21,439 nucleotides of DNA from Pseudomonadota bacterium (GTDB lineage Bacteria; Bdellovibrionota; FAC87; UBA2466). The notes beneath the pieces are model-generated. The model was not told the DNA's origin, searched no databases, and was given only the letters and a program-made list of their open reading frames with translations. The position numbers and the translations under genes are program-made. Location: contig JAYUGC010000178.1 in NCBI GenBank assembly GCA_043767805.1, positions 1 through 21,439 on the forward strand, given 5' to 3'. Positions 1-8,619 of this stretch are shown here, one piece after another. How positions within the stretch are numbered: position 1 is the stretch's first letter; each line of letters begins with the position of its first letter.

Positions 1-857
1 AGGGCGCCGAGCCGTATGCGGCTTTCGATGAAATTGATTTTACCGGCAAACAGCGCGCCCCCGAAAAGACCGACCCAAAGGCACGCTTCCAAGGATCCCA
101 AGGTGCTTGCCGAAGCGCCGAGGGTTTTCTTGATGTAAATGGGAAGCACGACGAGGGTCGGCGTCGAGAAGAAGTTGATGAGACCGAAGCCGATGAGCAC
201 CTTTTTCAAAAAGGGCATTTCCGACATGAGCTGCCAGCCGCTGACCGGCGCCCCTGCTTCCTCCACGGGAGCGATCGCGTAATGGTAGCGAGCGAGCCAG
301 GAACAAGTGGCCGAGATGAGGTAACCCAAAGCCGCGAGCTTCGCCGTGCCGCCAATGCCGACCTTGTCGATGAGCATCGCGCCGGCCACCGCGCCCGCGA
401 AGTTCGCGAGCGATTGGGTCGTCGTCAAAAGCGAGACTGCTCGCTCGACGGAAGGCTTGTCCACGACCTCGGGAACGGCCTTGTTCAAAGTGGGATCGAG
501 AAACCCTTGTAGCGTCGCCGCGACGAGTCCGGCCGCGAGCGCCACCGGAAGCGTAAGGGCATCGAAGTGCACGAGTAGGCCGACGCCGCCCACGACGAGC
601 ACCGCGAGTAGATCGGCCGCGACCAAAATGCGGCGGCTAGAAACCCTATCCACCGTGCGCCCGATGATCTTTACGAGAGCCAGAGACGGCACCGCGGTCA
701 GTACCATGAAGAAGCCGATGAGCTTACCAGCGCCTTCCGGATGGCGAGCGAGCAGCCACCAGATCATCGACATCTGGTACATGCGGCCGCCCGACTGCGA
801 GAGCACCTGCCCCGCCCAGATCAGCAGGAAGTCGGGATTCTTTCGGAAAAAGCTCAC
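1..857 (-). CDS. MFS transporter (partial, runs off left edge; not in ORF track)
   Basis: GTG at 857 overlaps the TGA of the upstream gene (GTGA). Both ends were translated by hand in one frame: MSFFRKNPDFLLIWAGQVLSQSGGRMYQMSMIWWLL...IIGRTVDRVSSRRILVAADLL (MFS motif A, GxxxDRxxRR) and ...LEACLWVGLFGGALFAGK near the window edge. Confidence 0.9.
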   Translation of the reverse strand, partial: MSFFRKNPDFLLIWAGQVLSQSGGRMYQMSMIWWLLARHPEGAGKLIGFFMVLTAVPSLALVKIIGRTVDRVSSRRILVAADLLAVLVVGGVGLLVHFDALTLPVALAAGLVAATLQGFLDPTLNKAVPEVVDKPSVERAVSLLTTTQSLANFAGAVAGAMLIDKVGIGGTAKLAALGYLISATCSWLARYHYAIAPVEEAGAPVSGWQLMSEMPFLKKVLIGFGLINFFSTPTLVVLPIYIKKTLGASASTLGSLEACLWVGLFGGALFAGKINFIESRIRLGA

Positions 858-3499
858 CCGCGGCTCCGTTCGTCGAGCACGGTCTTTAGCTTTCCGCTTC
901 GCGGATTACGCGGCAGCGAGGAAAGCGGGTGGGCTTCGACGTACACGTAGGCGAGAGTCTGGTCGGCCAGGCCCTCCGCGATCTTGTGAGTCTTCGTCAC
1001 TACCGCTTCGCGAATCTCGTTCTCGAGATGAGGATCGTGGCTTTCCGTTTCGATGCGGATGACGATCTCGTCGCCCTTCTGGCCTTCGCGGACCGCTAGC
1101 TGCATCGCGGAAACAGCGAAGCCTTCCAAGGCCGCCGCGACGTCTCTATAGGGCAAATTGATCATGCCAACGCAAATCTGATCGTCCGCCCGGCCCAAGT
1201 ACTCCATGACCCGGTTGCGGCGGCCACAGGCGCATTTTTCGGTTACGAAACGGCCCGCATCGCCTATTTCGTAGCGAATGAGCGGGAATGCGTATTTGAG
1301 AAGGCTCGTGATAAGAATGCGGCCGGGCTGCCCGTCGGGCACCGGAGCGCCCTCTTCGTCGACAAGCTCTATCCAGTTGAAGTCATCAGCCGTGTGATGC
1401 TTAAAGCCCATCATCTTTTCGCACTGGAAGGCGACTTGCCCGCCGTCGTTGGCGCCGATGATGGAGGAGATGCGTTTCGCTCCCACGTTCTCGGTAAGCC
1501 ATTCGTGGTCGGACTTACTCAGGGAAGTGCCGGCGTAGAGAATCTTCGGCATCTTGAGATCGGGCTCGAGGGCTTTGGCTTCGCGAAGCAGCTTCACGAG
1601 ACGGGCCGGAATGGCCTGAATCACGTTGATGTCGAACTGCTTCCAGAGCTTTACGAAAACTGCAGGATCGATGTAGTTAGCAAACGCGAAAGTCGTCGCG
1701 CCTAGCCGAGAGTTGATGTGGTCGAAGGAGACGAAGCTGCCGTAGAGGTCTCCGGCCAGCATGAAGTTCGCGACCCGGTCGCCCTTTTCCATGCCCGAAG
1801 CCCGGAACAAGCGCACCGCGGCCGAAATCATGTGCTCCCAGTCGTGGCCATCATAAACGGAGAACTTGGGCTCTCCCGTCGAGCCGCCGCTACGGGTGAC
1901 GTAGCCACCCGAAATGGCTAGCTTCGTCGCGAGACCCTGCCCATAAGGAGGCATGTTCGCTTCCATTTCCGCCCGGGTGAGCGGAGGAATCTTCACGAGA
2001 TCGGCAACGCCGTCGATCCGCACCCCTTCGAGGCGTTTCGCGTAAAAGGAGCTCTTGCGGGCCTCGTCGAGAAGCCGGCGCAAGCGGGCATCGACGACCG
2101 CTTTGAAATCGGTCTCGCTAAGCGTGTCGATGGCGTCGAGGTTCGAGTCATTGAAACGGCCCACCACGAAGTGGCCAAGCTGAGGCAAGTCGTAAGCGCC
2201 GTCGTGAGGATCATCCACCTCACCCCCGGACATGCCGCCGAGATCGCCCACTTTGAGAGCTCCGGCTTCGGCGAGTCGGCGATACCAGCCGCTTTGCTCC
2301 TCCGGAGCCGCGACCAGGCCGACCGTCTGTAAATACCCGCGAATGCTTTCCGCTTCATTTAGGACGGACTCAACCGTCTCAAAAGGAACGACCCGGAGCG
2401 TGCGATGCAGCGGGGAAGGCTCGATGGCGAGCTTGTGATCCAAAATCACGGTCCAGTCGACGTTGCGGGCGGACCCGCGCACCAACCCCTGCCCTTTGGC
2501 TTCCGCGACTTCAGCGACGCCGCGCCACTTTTGAATTTCGACCGCGACGTTGACGTCCGGAGGACCGGCCGGAAGTTTCGCGAGCTGCGCTTCGAGCGCC
2601 TTAGGCAAAGCTTCGACCACCGCCTTCGCGCAGGCCTCCGTCTCGACGTAACACTGCTGAGGCGCGGTGCAGGCGTTCTGATCCCAAATGGACATTTCCC
2701 AGGCGAGCTTCTCCGCGACCTTCTCGGCGCCCCACGCCGCGAGGCCCGCTTTTGTCACGAGAGAGAGAGAAAGCTTCGGTCCGAATACGATGAGCTTCTT
2801 ACCGGCGCCAAGGCCATCCCGGTAAGCCCGCACGGCATCTTCACTACCCCAGACGACGATGCCGTCGACGCGAACCTTGAAGGCCTCGAGGACCTCCTTC
2901 GCGCTGGAAGGATAATCGATGAGCGCGACCGATCGCGCGACAATGCCCTCTTCATCACACTCGACCAGCGATTCGATGAGCCGCGGCAAAAAAAGCTTCT
3001 CACCCGAGGACATTTTCAAAAGCGTCACGTTGCCGGTGAGAAGGCCCTCGACGAGCGAGCCGATACCGACGAGGAACACGTTTCCGGAGAGAACGTGCAA
3101 AACGACGCCGAGCGGGCTCCACCGCAACTGGGTGCGGCTCTCGTGTAAATAACCGGGGGCTCCGCTGCTGGTGAGACCTTTGAGCTCGGTCTCGACCTTC
3201 TTACGCAAGATATCGGGGCTTAAAGTCCAAACGACTTCGTCCATCCCAAGACGGATCATCTCGGGGGAAAAGCCGGTCGCTTCCGGAAGCTCCGCTTCGA
3301 GCTTCTTTCGCGCCGGATACTCCGGATTCGCCCAAAGCTTGCCGATCCTTTCCAAAACGCGCAGGACTTTGTCTTGAGGGTAAGCGGCGATAGAGGCGCG
3401 GGCGGCGTCCGCCTTGCGGCAAATCGCGGTAACGTCCTCGACCGTCATGGGTTTAGTCGAATCGAGCCATTCTCCAAAAGCGTAGCGAGTGGGCTGCAT
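854..3499 (-). CDS. Fusion of LuxC-like acyl-CoA/acyl-protein reductase (N-terminal) and PaaK/F390-synthetase-like adenylate-forming ligase (C-terminal)
   Basis: N-half has PLGVVLHVLSGNV, WGS, FGPKLS, DQNAC (Cys277) and HDG..L, all LuxC motifs. C-half has RSGGSTGEPK, IGANDGG, PLIRYEIGD, GRADD and RSGK, all PaaK-type ANL motifs. Confidence 0.92.
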   Translation of the reverse strand: MQPTRYAFGEWLDSTKPMTVEDVTAICRKADAARASIAAYPQDKVLRVLERIGKLWANPEYPARKKLEAELPEATGFSPEMIRLGMDEVVWTLSPDILRKKVETELKGLTSSGAPGYLHESRTQLRWSPLGVVLHVLSGNVFLVGIGSLVEGLLTGNVTLLKMSSGEKLFLPRLIESLVECDEEGIVARSVALIDYPSSAKEVLEAFKVRVDGIVVWGSEDAVRAYRDGLGAGKKLIVFGPKLSLSLVTKAGLAAWGAEKVAEKLAWEMSIWDQNACTAPQQCYVETEACAKAVVEALPKALEAQLAKLPAGPPDVNVAVEIQKWRGVAEVAEAKGQGLVRGSARNVDWTVILDHKLAIEPSPLHRTLRVVPFETVESVLNEAESIRGYLQTVGLVAAPEEQSGWYRRLAEAGALKVGDLGGMSGGEVDDPHDGAYDLPQLGHFVVGRFNDSNLDAIDTLSETDFKAVVDARLRRLLDEARKSSFYAKRLEGVRIDGVADLVKIPPLTRAEMEANMPPYGQGLATKLAISGGYVTRSGGSTGEPKFSVYDGHDWEHMISAAVRLFRASGMEKGDRVANFMLAGDLYGSFVSFDHINSRLGATTFAFANYIDPAVFVKLWKQFDINVIQAIPARLVKLLREAKALEPDLKMPKILYAGTSLSKSDHEWLTENVGAKRISSIIGANDGGQVAFQCEKMMGFKHHTADDFNWIELVDEEGAPVPDGQPGRILITSLLKYAFPLIRYEIGDAGRFVTEKCACGRRNRVMEYLGRADDQICVGMINLPYRDVAAALEGFAVSAMQLAVREGQKGDEIVIRIETESHDPHLENEIREAVVTKTHKIAEGLADQTLAYVYVEAHPLSSLPRNPRSGKLKTVLDERSRG

Positions 3500-3500
3500 G

Positions 3501-4628
3501 TTAGTGCCTCCTCACGATATCGGCCGCGGTGATGGCGCAGCCCTTGTGTTTCGCGATTCCACCCCGGCCTACAATCTCAAAGGTCGGTGACTTCCAGCCG
3601 CAGCCGCAAGGGTCTGCGTGCAGATAGCCAATGTCGGTACTGAGAATGGCGAGATTCGGCATCATCGCGTTATAGGGAGTAATGAGCTCGATGAGCCCGT
3701 GCTCGCCGTCAACCACCACTTCCATGGTCTCGGGGTTACGAATCAGAATGCGGTTAAAGACCGGGATATGGTGCCGGTGATTCACGCAAGAAATGTAAGG
3801 CGCGCTGTGCTCGGCCATTCCGTAGAGATCGAACATATCGTCCATCGGAATGCCTAGCGCCTCCGAGACCTGCTGCTGAAACTGCGCCTTGGTGACGGCC
3901 TTGTCTTCTTTCGCCTTCCAGCCGCCGCCGATGATGACCTTGCTCCCCTTGGGAAGCTGAATGGGCTTACCCCGCCGGCGCACTTCCACCACGAGGTCAT
4001 AAAGAAAGCTTGGGATACCGAGGAGGCGCACGGGCGTGCCCTCCTCCGCGAAGCGCTCCATGGCCGCGATGGTCTCGTTCAACCGAAATTCCCATTGACC
4101 GGAAGCATTCAGGCGAACGGCGAAGAATGCTTCCTTGGGGTTCGCAAAGCGCATCTCGTTCTTCGCGGTAAAAGCGATGCCGAGATCCTTCGCTTCGTCC
4201 GGGTGATAAATGAAGACCACGTAATTGGTCGGCTGATCGGTGACGAGACCCGCTTGGCTCCAAAGAACATCCATCATGCTCTGCACGCGATCTAGACTTC
4301 CTTGATCGAACCAAATTTGAGTTTTCTGCCCGCTCGTGCCCGAAGACGTCAGCCGAAGGACCGCCGCCTCTTCAGGGAGAGATGTCAGCAGGTGATACTT
4401 CATCGCCGTCACGTTCAGGGACGGGATGCGGGCCAAATCCTTTTCCTCGCGAACGGTGTCCGGATCGAAGCCGTGACGCCGATAGATGGCGGCGAGCTCC
4501 GGGGAATGGTCGAAATGAAATTTAGCGAGCTCTCGGCACGCCACTACCATGAGCGCGGATTTTTCCGGGGTCCAGTTAGCGGGCTCGTCGATGTGACAGA
4601 GCTCGGTGGAAGCGGGGAATTGATTCAT
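3501..4628 (-). CDS. luxE: LuxE-like acyl-protein synthetase
   Basis: TSSGTSG loop, GGGWK, YGMAEH, ILSTDIG and C-terminal GR.....KGCA (Cys364), matching the LuxE acylation-site motif; 375 aa. Confidence 0.9.
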   Translation of the reverse strand: MNQFPASTELCHIDEPANWTPEKSALMVVACRELAKFHFDHSPELAAIYRRHGFDPDTVREEKDLARIPSLNVTAMKYHLLTSLPEEAAVLRLTSSGTSGQKTQIWFDQGSLDRVQSMMDVLWSQAGLVTDQPTNYVVFIYHPDEAKDLGIAFTAKNEMRFANPKEAFFAVRLNASGQWEFRLNETIAAMERFAEEGTPVRLLGIPSFLYDLVVEVRRRGKPIQLPKGSKVIIGGGWKAKEDKAVTKAQFQQQVSEALGIPMDDMFDLYGMAEHSAPYISCVNHRHHIPVFNRILIRNPETMEVVVDGEHGLIELITPYNAMMPNLAILSTDIGYLHADPCGCGWKSPTFEIVGRGGIAKHKGCAITAADIVRRH

Positions 4629-6094
4629 AGGAGGTGAACCCTTTCGAAGTTTTCACGAATGAGGATGAGCAGCTCTTTCGCGCCGGGACTAAAGACTTGG
4701 ATCTCGCCGAAGTCGACTTTCGTCGGCCCCATGGCCTGAAAGCGAAAGCCCAAGCGTTCCGATTGGTGGTACGGAATGAAGCCCGAGATGAAAAATCCGT
4801 TGTCGGCGAGCCGATCGTAGAGATTGCCGATGCCGGGCGCATCCAGAGGCACTTCGATGCCCGCGTACTGGTAGCCGTTCTTTAAAAGCTGGGTCCAGTC
4901 GCGCAAGATGGCGTCGGCCGCTTTGTGCCCTGGTTTGAAACAGTCGAAGACCACGGCATTTTGCGTCGGCTGTAAATGCATCTGGTACTCGCCGCCAGGC
5001 GGTAGCACGTCGAAACGTGAGGCCGGTACCCAGCTCAGATTAAGCGGTTGTAACAAGAAGCCGACCGCCTCGCCCAGGTTATGGGGCAGTGTGATCTGTT
5101 TGCCGAACGGATACTGAGTGCGCGGAATGATCGAGTAGAGGAGCGAGTAGCGATCGGTCTCGCGAGGATCGTGCCCCATGCCGAGCTTCTCGAGCCGCGC
5201 TTGCGTGTCTTTACTCTGACAGCCCACGAAGATGGACATGGGACAGGGCTTGAACGTTTCGACGAGCTTTTGGCTGTAAACGTGATTGGTGACGAAATCG
5301 AAAAAACAGTAAGACATTTCGGTTTTCGCGACCCGGTCCATGGTCGCCCGGAAAATCTGACTGAAGAGGCCCTTCGATTTCACTCCCGGATGCGTGACGC
5401 CGAGGCAAGGCTCGTACACCTTGGGAGCGTCATTCCATTTCATGAGTCCCACGTTGCCCAAGATGCGGCCGTCGGGAAGCGCCGCCACGATGGAGATGAG
5501 CCGACCGTCCTGAAGCCGCTGACGGATTTGCTCCGGGTAATAGACGAACTCATTGATGTAGTCGTAACCGTAGACCTGATAAAAAAGCTGGGAGAGCTTT
5601 GATTCCTCGCCGACTTCGAGCTCCCGAATGACCATGCCTTCGGTCTCGATGGGCCCGACGACCACCGGGGTCGCGCCCATCCCTCGACGGGAAGCTTCTT
5701 CTCCGAGACGCATGGTGAGCTTCACGGCCTGGCCGTGGCGGCCGAGATTTTCGATACTGAACCGCTCGAGCCCTTGCGCGGCTTCGGTGACGCTTCCGCC
5801 GTGCAGCGCGGGGCCTTCCAGAAAAATCGGCACGCCGCGGTTCAAGACTTCGACGTGCAGCTTTCCTTCCGACTCGAACACGTCGACGCCGATGCGCTCT
5901 TCCGAGCGGCCGCCCGCGTTCTTATCGAGCACCATCTTCATCGCCTGACGAGACGCATTGCGAATGGCCGTGCGCCCGGGCTCTTCCATGCCGAGACCGG
6001 CCGCAAACGCCGCCACGAACTCGCTCGCCGGTCCGAGGCAAGCCTCGGCCGGGGGAAATTCCAGGCGGTTACGTTGTGAGTCGGGTACGGTCAT
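4625..6094 (-). CDS. Degenerate HATPase/anti-sigma (RsbW-like) domain fused to a GNAT acyltransferase domain
   Basis: N-terminal LHVEVLNRGVP and FSIENLGRHGQAVKLTM resemble an RsbW-type fold. After a linker come IRELEVGEE..LSQLFYQVYGYDY and the acyl-CoA motif VTHPGVKSKGLF. ATGA overlaps at both ends. Confidence 0.75.
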   Translation of the reverse strand: MTVPDSQRNRLEFPPAEACLGPASEFVAAFAAGLGMEEPGRTAIRNASRQAMKMVLDKNAGGRSEERIGVDVFESEGKLHVEVLNRGVPIFLEGPALHGGSVTEAAQGLERFSIENLGRHGQAVKLTMRLGEEASRRGMGATPVVVGPIETEGMVIRELEVGEESKLSQLFYQVYGYDYINEFVYYPEQIRQRLQDGRLISIVAALPDGRILGNVGLMKWNDAPKVYEPCLGVTHPGVKSKGLFSQIFRATMDRVAKTEMSYCFFDFVTNHVYSQKLVETFKPCPMSIFVGCQSKDTQARLEKLGMGHDPRETDRYSLLYSIIPRTQYPFGKQITLPHNLGEAVGFLLQPLNLSWVPASRFDVLPPGGEYQMHLQPTQNAVVFDCFKPGHKAADAILRDWTQLLKNGYQYAGIEVPLDAPGIGNLYDRLADNGFFISGFIPYHQSERLGFRFQAMGPTKVDFGEIQVFSPGAKELLILIRENFERVHLL

Positions 6095-7431
6095 ACGTCG
6101 TCAATGGAGTCTACGACCCGGATGAGTTTTCCGGTGCGCGCGTTTCGGGGCAAAGTTCCAGGAGCCAAAAGCTCAATTTCGAGAGGCCAGATGGAGCCCT
6201 TCTTGATGAACTCACTCAAAGAAGGACGAGAGGCCATGATTTCCCGACCGAGGATTTCCGCTTTCGCGGCTTTCTCGGCGCCTTGGAGCTCGCACTCGAC
6301 GCGAATGCAAAGCCGATCGCGGCCGTCGACGCGCTTCTTTTGCATCTGCACCGTGCCCGAGAGCCCGCCGACTTGAGACACCACCGCTTGAATGGCCTCG
6401 TAGTCGACCGAGTCGTAACCAACTCGCAGGACGTCGTCGCCGCGGCCCAAAAGCTTGAAGAGAGGCGTCGTACGCCCACAGGGACAAGCGTCCCCGAGCC
6501 ACTTCGCACGGTCGCCCACGCGGTAACGCACGATGGGCATCACCCGGCGGGGGAACGCGGTAGCGTAGAGCATGCCGACCTTTTCGGGGGGACAGGCTTC
6601 GCCCGTGTCTTCGTTTACGATCTCGAGATAGACCTGATCGTCGTGGGTGTGGAATACGCCGGTATCGGTTTGATCGCACTGATAGCCCAGGTACCAGGTG
6701 TCGACGGTACCATAGCCCGGAGCCTTGATGATCTCGGCTCCGACCTTCTCTTGAATCTCTTTCTTGTCGGCTTCGTAGAGGTGCTCGCCGCCGTAGTAGA
6801 TCTTATCGATCTTCAAGTCTCCGATGCCGAGGGTATGAATCCCTCTGAGCGTATTGAGCACGACACTTCCGATACCGGACAAGCAATTCACTCGGAACTG
6901 AGTGACGACGGTATGGATGAACTCCATCTGGGTGTGATTGGAGAACGGAAAATTCGTGCAACCGTATTGCTGGAGCATCCGGTTGATGTGGACGAAGGTC
7001 ATGTAGAGACTGCCGACGGCCCAGAGATTGGCGACTTTGTCCTTCTCGGTGAGCCCAACGGCCCAGAAGCCGCGAGCGTTCGGAAGATTCAGGCCTTCGA
7101 GCTCGTCGTGGGAAAAGAGCGTCGTTTTCGGAGTGCCGGTAGTGCCGCCGCTCTGAAAAACGGTGTAGTCGTGGGTCGAGGAGGCGAGCAAGCGCTCGCT
7201 GACCGGCGGCACGAGTTCGCGAAGCTCCGAGGCGGTGAGCGGAGCCACTTCCGCGAAGGGCTGAGCGGAGCCGAGCTGGGTCTTCGCCAGACGTTCCCGG
7301 TAGAAGGGAATTTGACTGGCAAAGGTCACGTAAGCTTCGAGACGGCGCGCCATCTCGCGCTGCCGGTCGAAAGCAGAAAGCGTTTCCCACTCGTCGTAAA
7401 AGCGGCCGCGCCGTTCGGAAAGTAAGCTCAT
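6091..7431 (-). CDS. PaaK/phenylacetate-CoA ligase-like adenylate-forming enzyme
   Basis: QSGGTTGTPK, GGEHL, YGTVD, PIVRYRVGD, GRGDD and RTGK motifs; ATGA overlaps at both ends. Confidence 0.9.
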   Translation of the reverse strand: MSLLSERRGRFYDEWETLSAFDRQREMARRLEAYVTFASQIPFYRERLAKTQLGSAQPFAEVAPLTASELRELVPPVSERLLASSTHDYTVFQSGGTTGTPKTTLFSHDELEGLNLPNARGFWAVGLTEKDKVANLWAVGSLYMTFVHINRMLQQYGCTNFPFSNHTQMEFIHTVVTQFRVNCLSGIGSVVLNTLRGIHTLGIGDLKIDKIYYGGEHLYEADKKEIQEKVGAEIIKAPGYGTVDTWYLGYQCDQTDTGVFHTHDDQVYLEIVNEDTGEACPPEKVGMLYATAFPRRVMPIVRYRVGDRAKWLGDACPCGRTTPLFKLLGRGDDVLRVGYDSVDYEAIQAVVSQVGGLSGTVQMQKKRVDGRDRLCIRVECELQGAEKAAKAEILGREIMASRPSLSEFIKKGSIWPLEIELLAPGTLPRNARTGKLIRVVDSIDDV

Positions 7432-8369
7432 GGAGTCACCTGCTGCTGGGGAAAGAAGCGATCGAAGCGAGGGCTACGCAGATTGGCCGGGCCGCGCTGG
7501 GCCGCCGCTGCATTCAGGCGCTGAATGGCTTTCGTCTTCGGAGAAAATTGCGGGATCGGCTCTTCGCCCGTGAGATCGCCCAGGAGCTCTAAGAAGTAGC
7601 CGCGGTAATCGACGAACTGCGTGCCGATGGTCAGGCCGTCGAACTTAAAGCGATCGGTCTCTGTCTCGTTTACCGAGATGAAGTAAGTCGCCTCTGACTT
7701 CGCGTTGGTCTCCCACGCCTCGATGGTGCCAAATTTGGCGGGCAGAAACCCTTCCTTGGTCTCGGGCTTGAAACCGAGCTCGATGATGGCGTCGCCCGTC
7801 GTGCCCGCGGGATCTTTCGTGGCGTCCGGCATAATCGTGTCGGGGGAAGTGAAGTAGAGCTTCGCCTGCCCGTTCTTGTCCCAAACACTTCTCACGATGC
7901 GCACCCAGTCCTCGAGAAGGAGCGCCGTTCCGGGCGCGATGGGCGCGGTCATGATGGGATCGATGGCGTACCATTTCTGGGTTTCGCTCCCTTTCACCAG
8001 AGTCGTCACGTGAAAGCGCCATTCCGGATCGGTGCCCGAGCGCAAATCGCCGATAATGAAAAGCTTGCGAACGCTGGCCGCGGAGAGGCCGAGCTTTCTC
8101 CCCATGAGATGCACGCCGAGTGAGCGCCCAAAACAAAAACCGATGAAGCCATCCGGATCGTACTTATCGAGGTTCAGGAGATCGGTAACCGGATGCCGGG
8201 AAACGGCATCAAACACGCTTTCGCGCTCAGCCGCGGAGAGGGCTGACAAAGTCTCCGGGGATTTGCCGGATAGTTGTTCGTAACGATGGAGAGCCGTCTC
8301 TTCTGGACCGCCCAAGGCAGTAAGACCGACAAAGCTCAAAACTAGTAAAAGCGACCGCACCGAAATCAC
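7428..8369 (-). CDS. Secreted protein-glutaminase-like (papain/transglutaminase fold) Cys-His-Asp enzyme
   Basis: N-terminal signal-like peptide. GFCFGR (C79), KLFIIGDL, WRFHV (H120) and AIDP (D137) parallel the recalled Chryseobacterium protein-glutaminase motifs GCYAR, KQFVYGNL, WSYHV and IIDP. Confidence 0.72.
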   Translation of the reverse strand: MISVRSLLLVLSFVGLTALGGPEETALHRYEQLSGKSPETLSALSAAERESVFDAVSRHPVTDLLNLDKYDPDGFIGFCFGRSLGVHLMGRKLGLSAASVRKLFIIGDLRSGTDPEWRFHVTTLVKGSETQKWYAIDPIMTAPIAPGTALLLEDWVRIVRSVWDKNGQAKLYFTSPDTIMPDATKDPAGTTGDAIIELGFKPETKEGFLPAKFGTIEAWETNAKSEATYFISVNETETDRFKFDGLTIGTQFVDYRGYFLELLGDLTGEEPIPQFSPKTKAIQRLNAAAAQRGPANLRSPRFDRFFPQQQVTP

Positions 8370-8619
8370 CTCTTTTGCCTCTCATCGCAAGGCTGTTCCC
8401 AGGTCGGCCTTCTAACACATCCCATCGCGGCGCATCAACCGACGGGACCGCGAAATATCCGCTTTAGGAATCAGCGGTTAAGTCCTCTGAACCCCCTTCG
8501 CCGGAGGTCGTCCCGGCAGGGTTGTCGAGAGAGCCTGACAGGCAGGCTGAAAGCGGTGGGGTAACGGATGAAATTCAAGGGCTTGGGGGGGTAAAGGGAG
8601 TCTGGTCGCCAGAGCCGGA

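Noticed and set aside
346..1062. 238-aa S/T/A-rich + strand ORF
   Set aside because: Antisense shadow of the MFS gene.
854..4628. Bioluminescence operon
   Set aside because: No luxA, luxB, luxD or luxG in the window, and the gene order differs from luxCDABE.
6076..7425. 449-aa + strand ORF antisense to the ligase gene
   Set aside because: No motifs; spans the ligase gene almost exactly, as expected for a GC-rich antisense shadow.
6091..7431. paaK of phenylacetate catabolism
   Set aside because: No other paa genes nearby; the similarity is only family-level, so no gene symbol was given.
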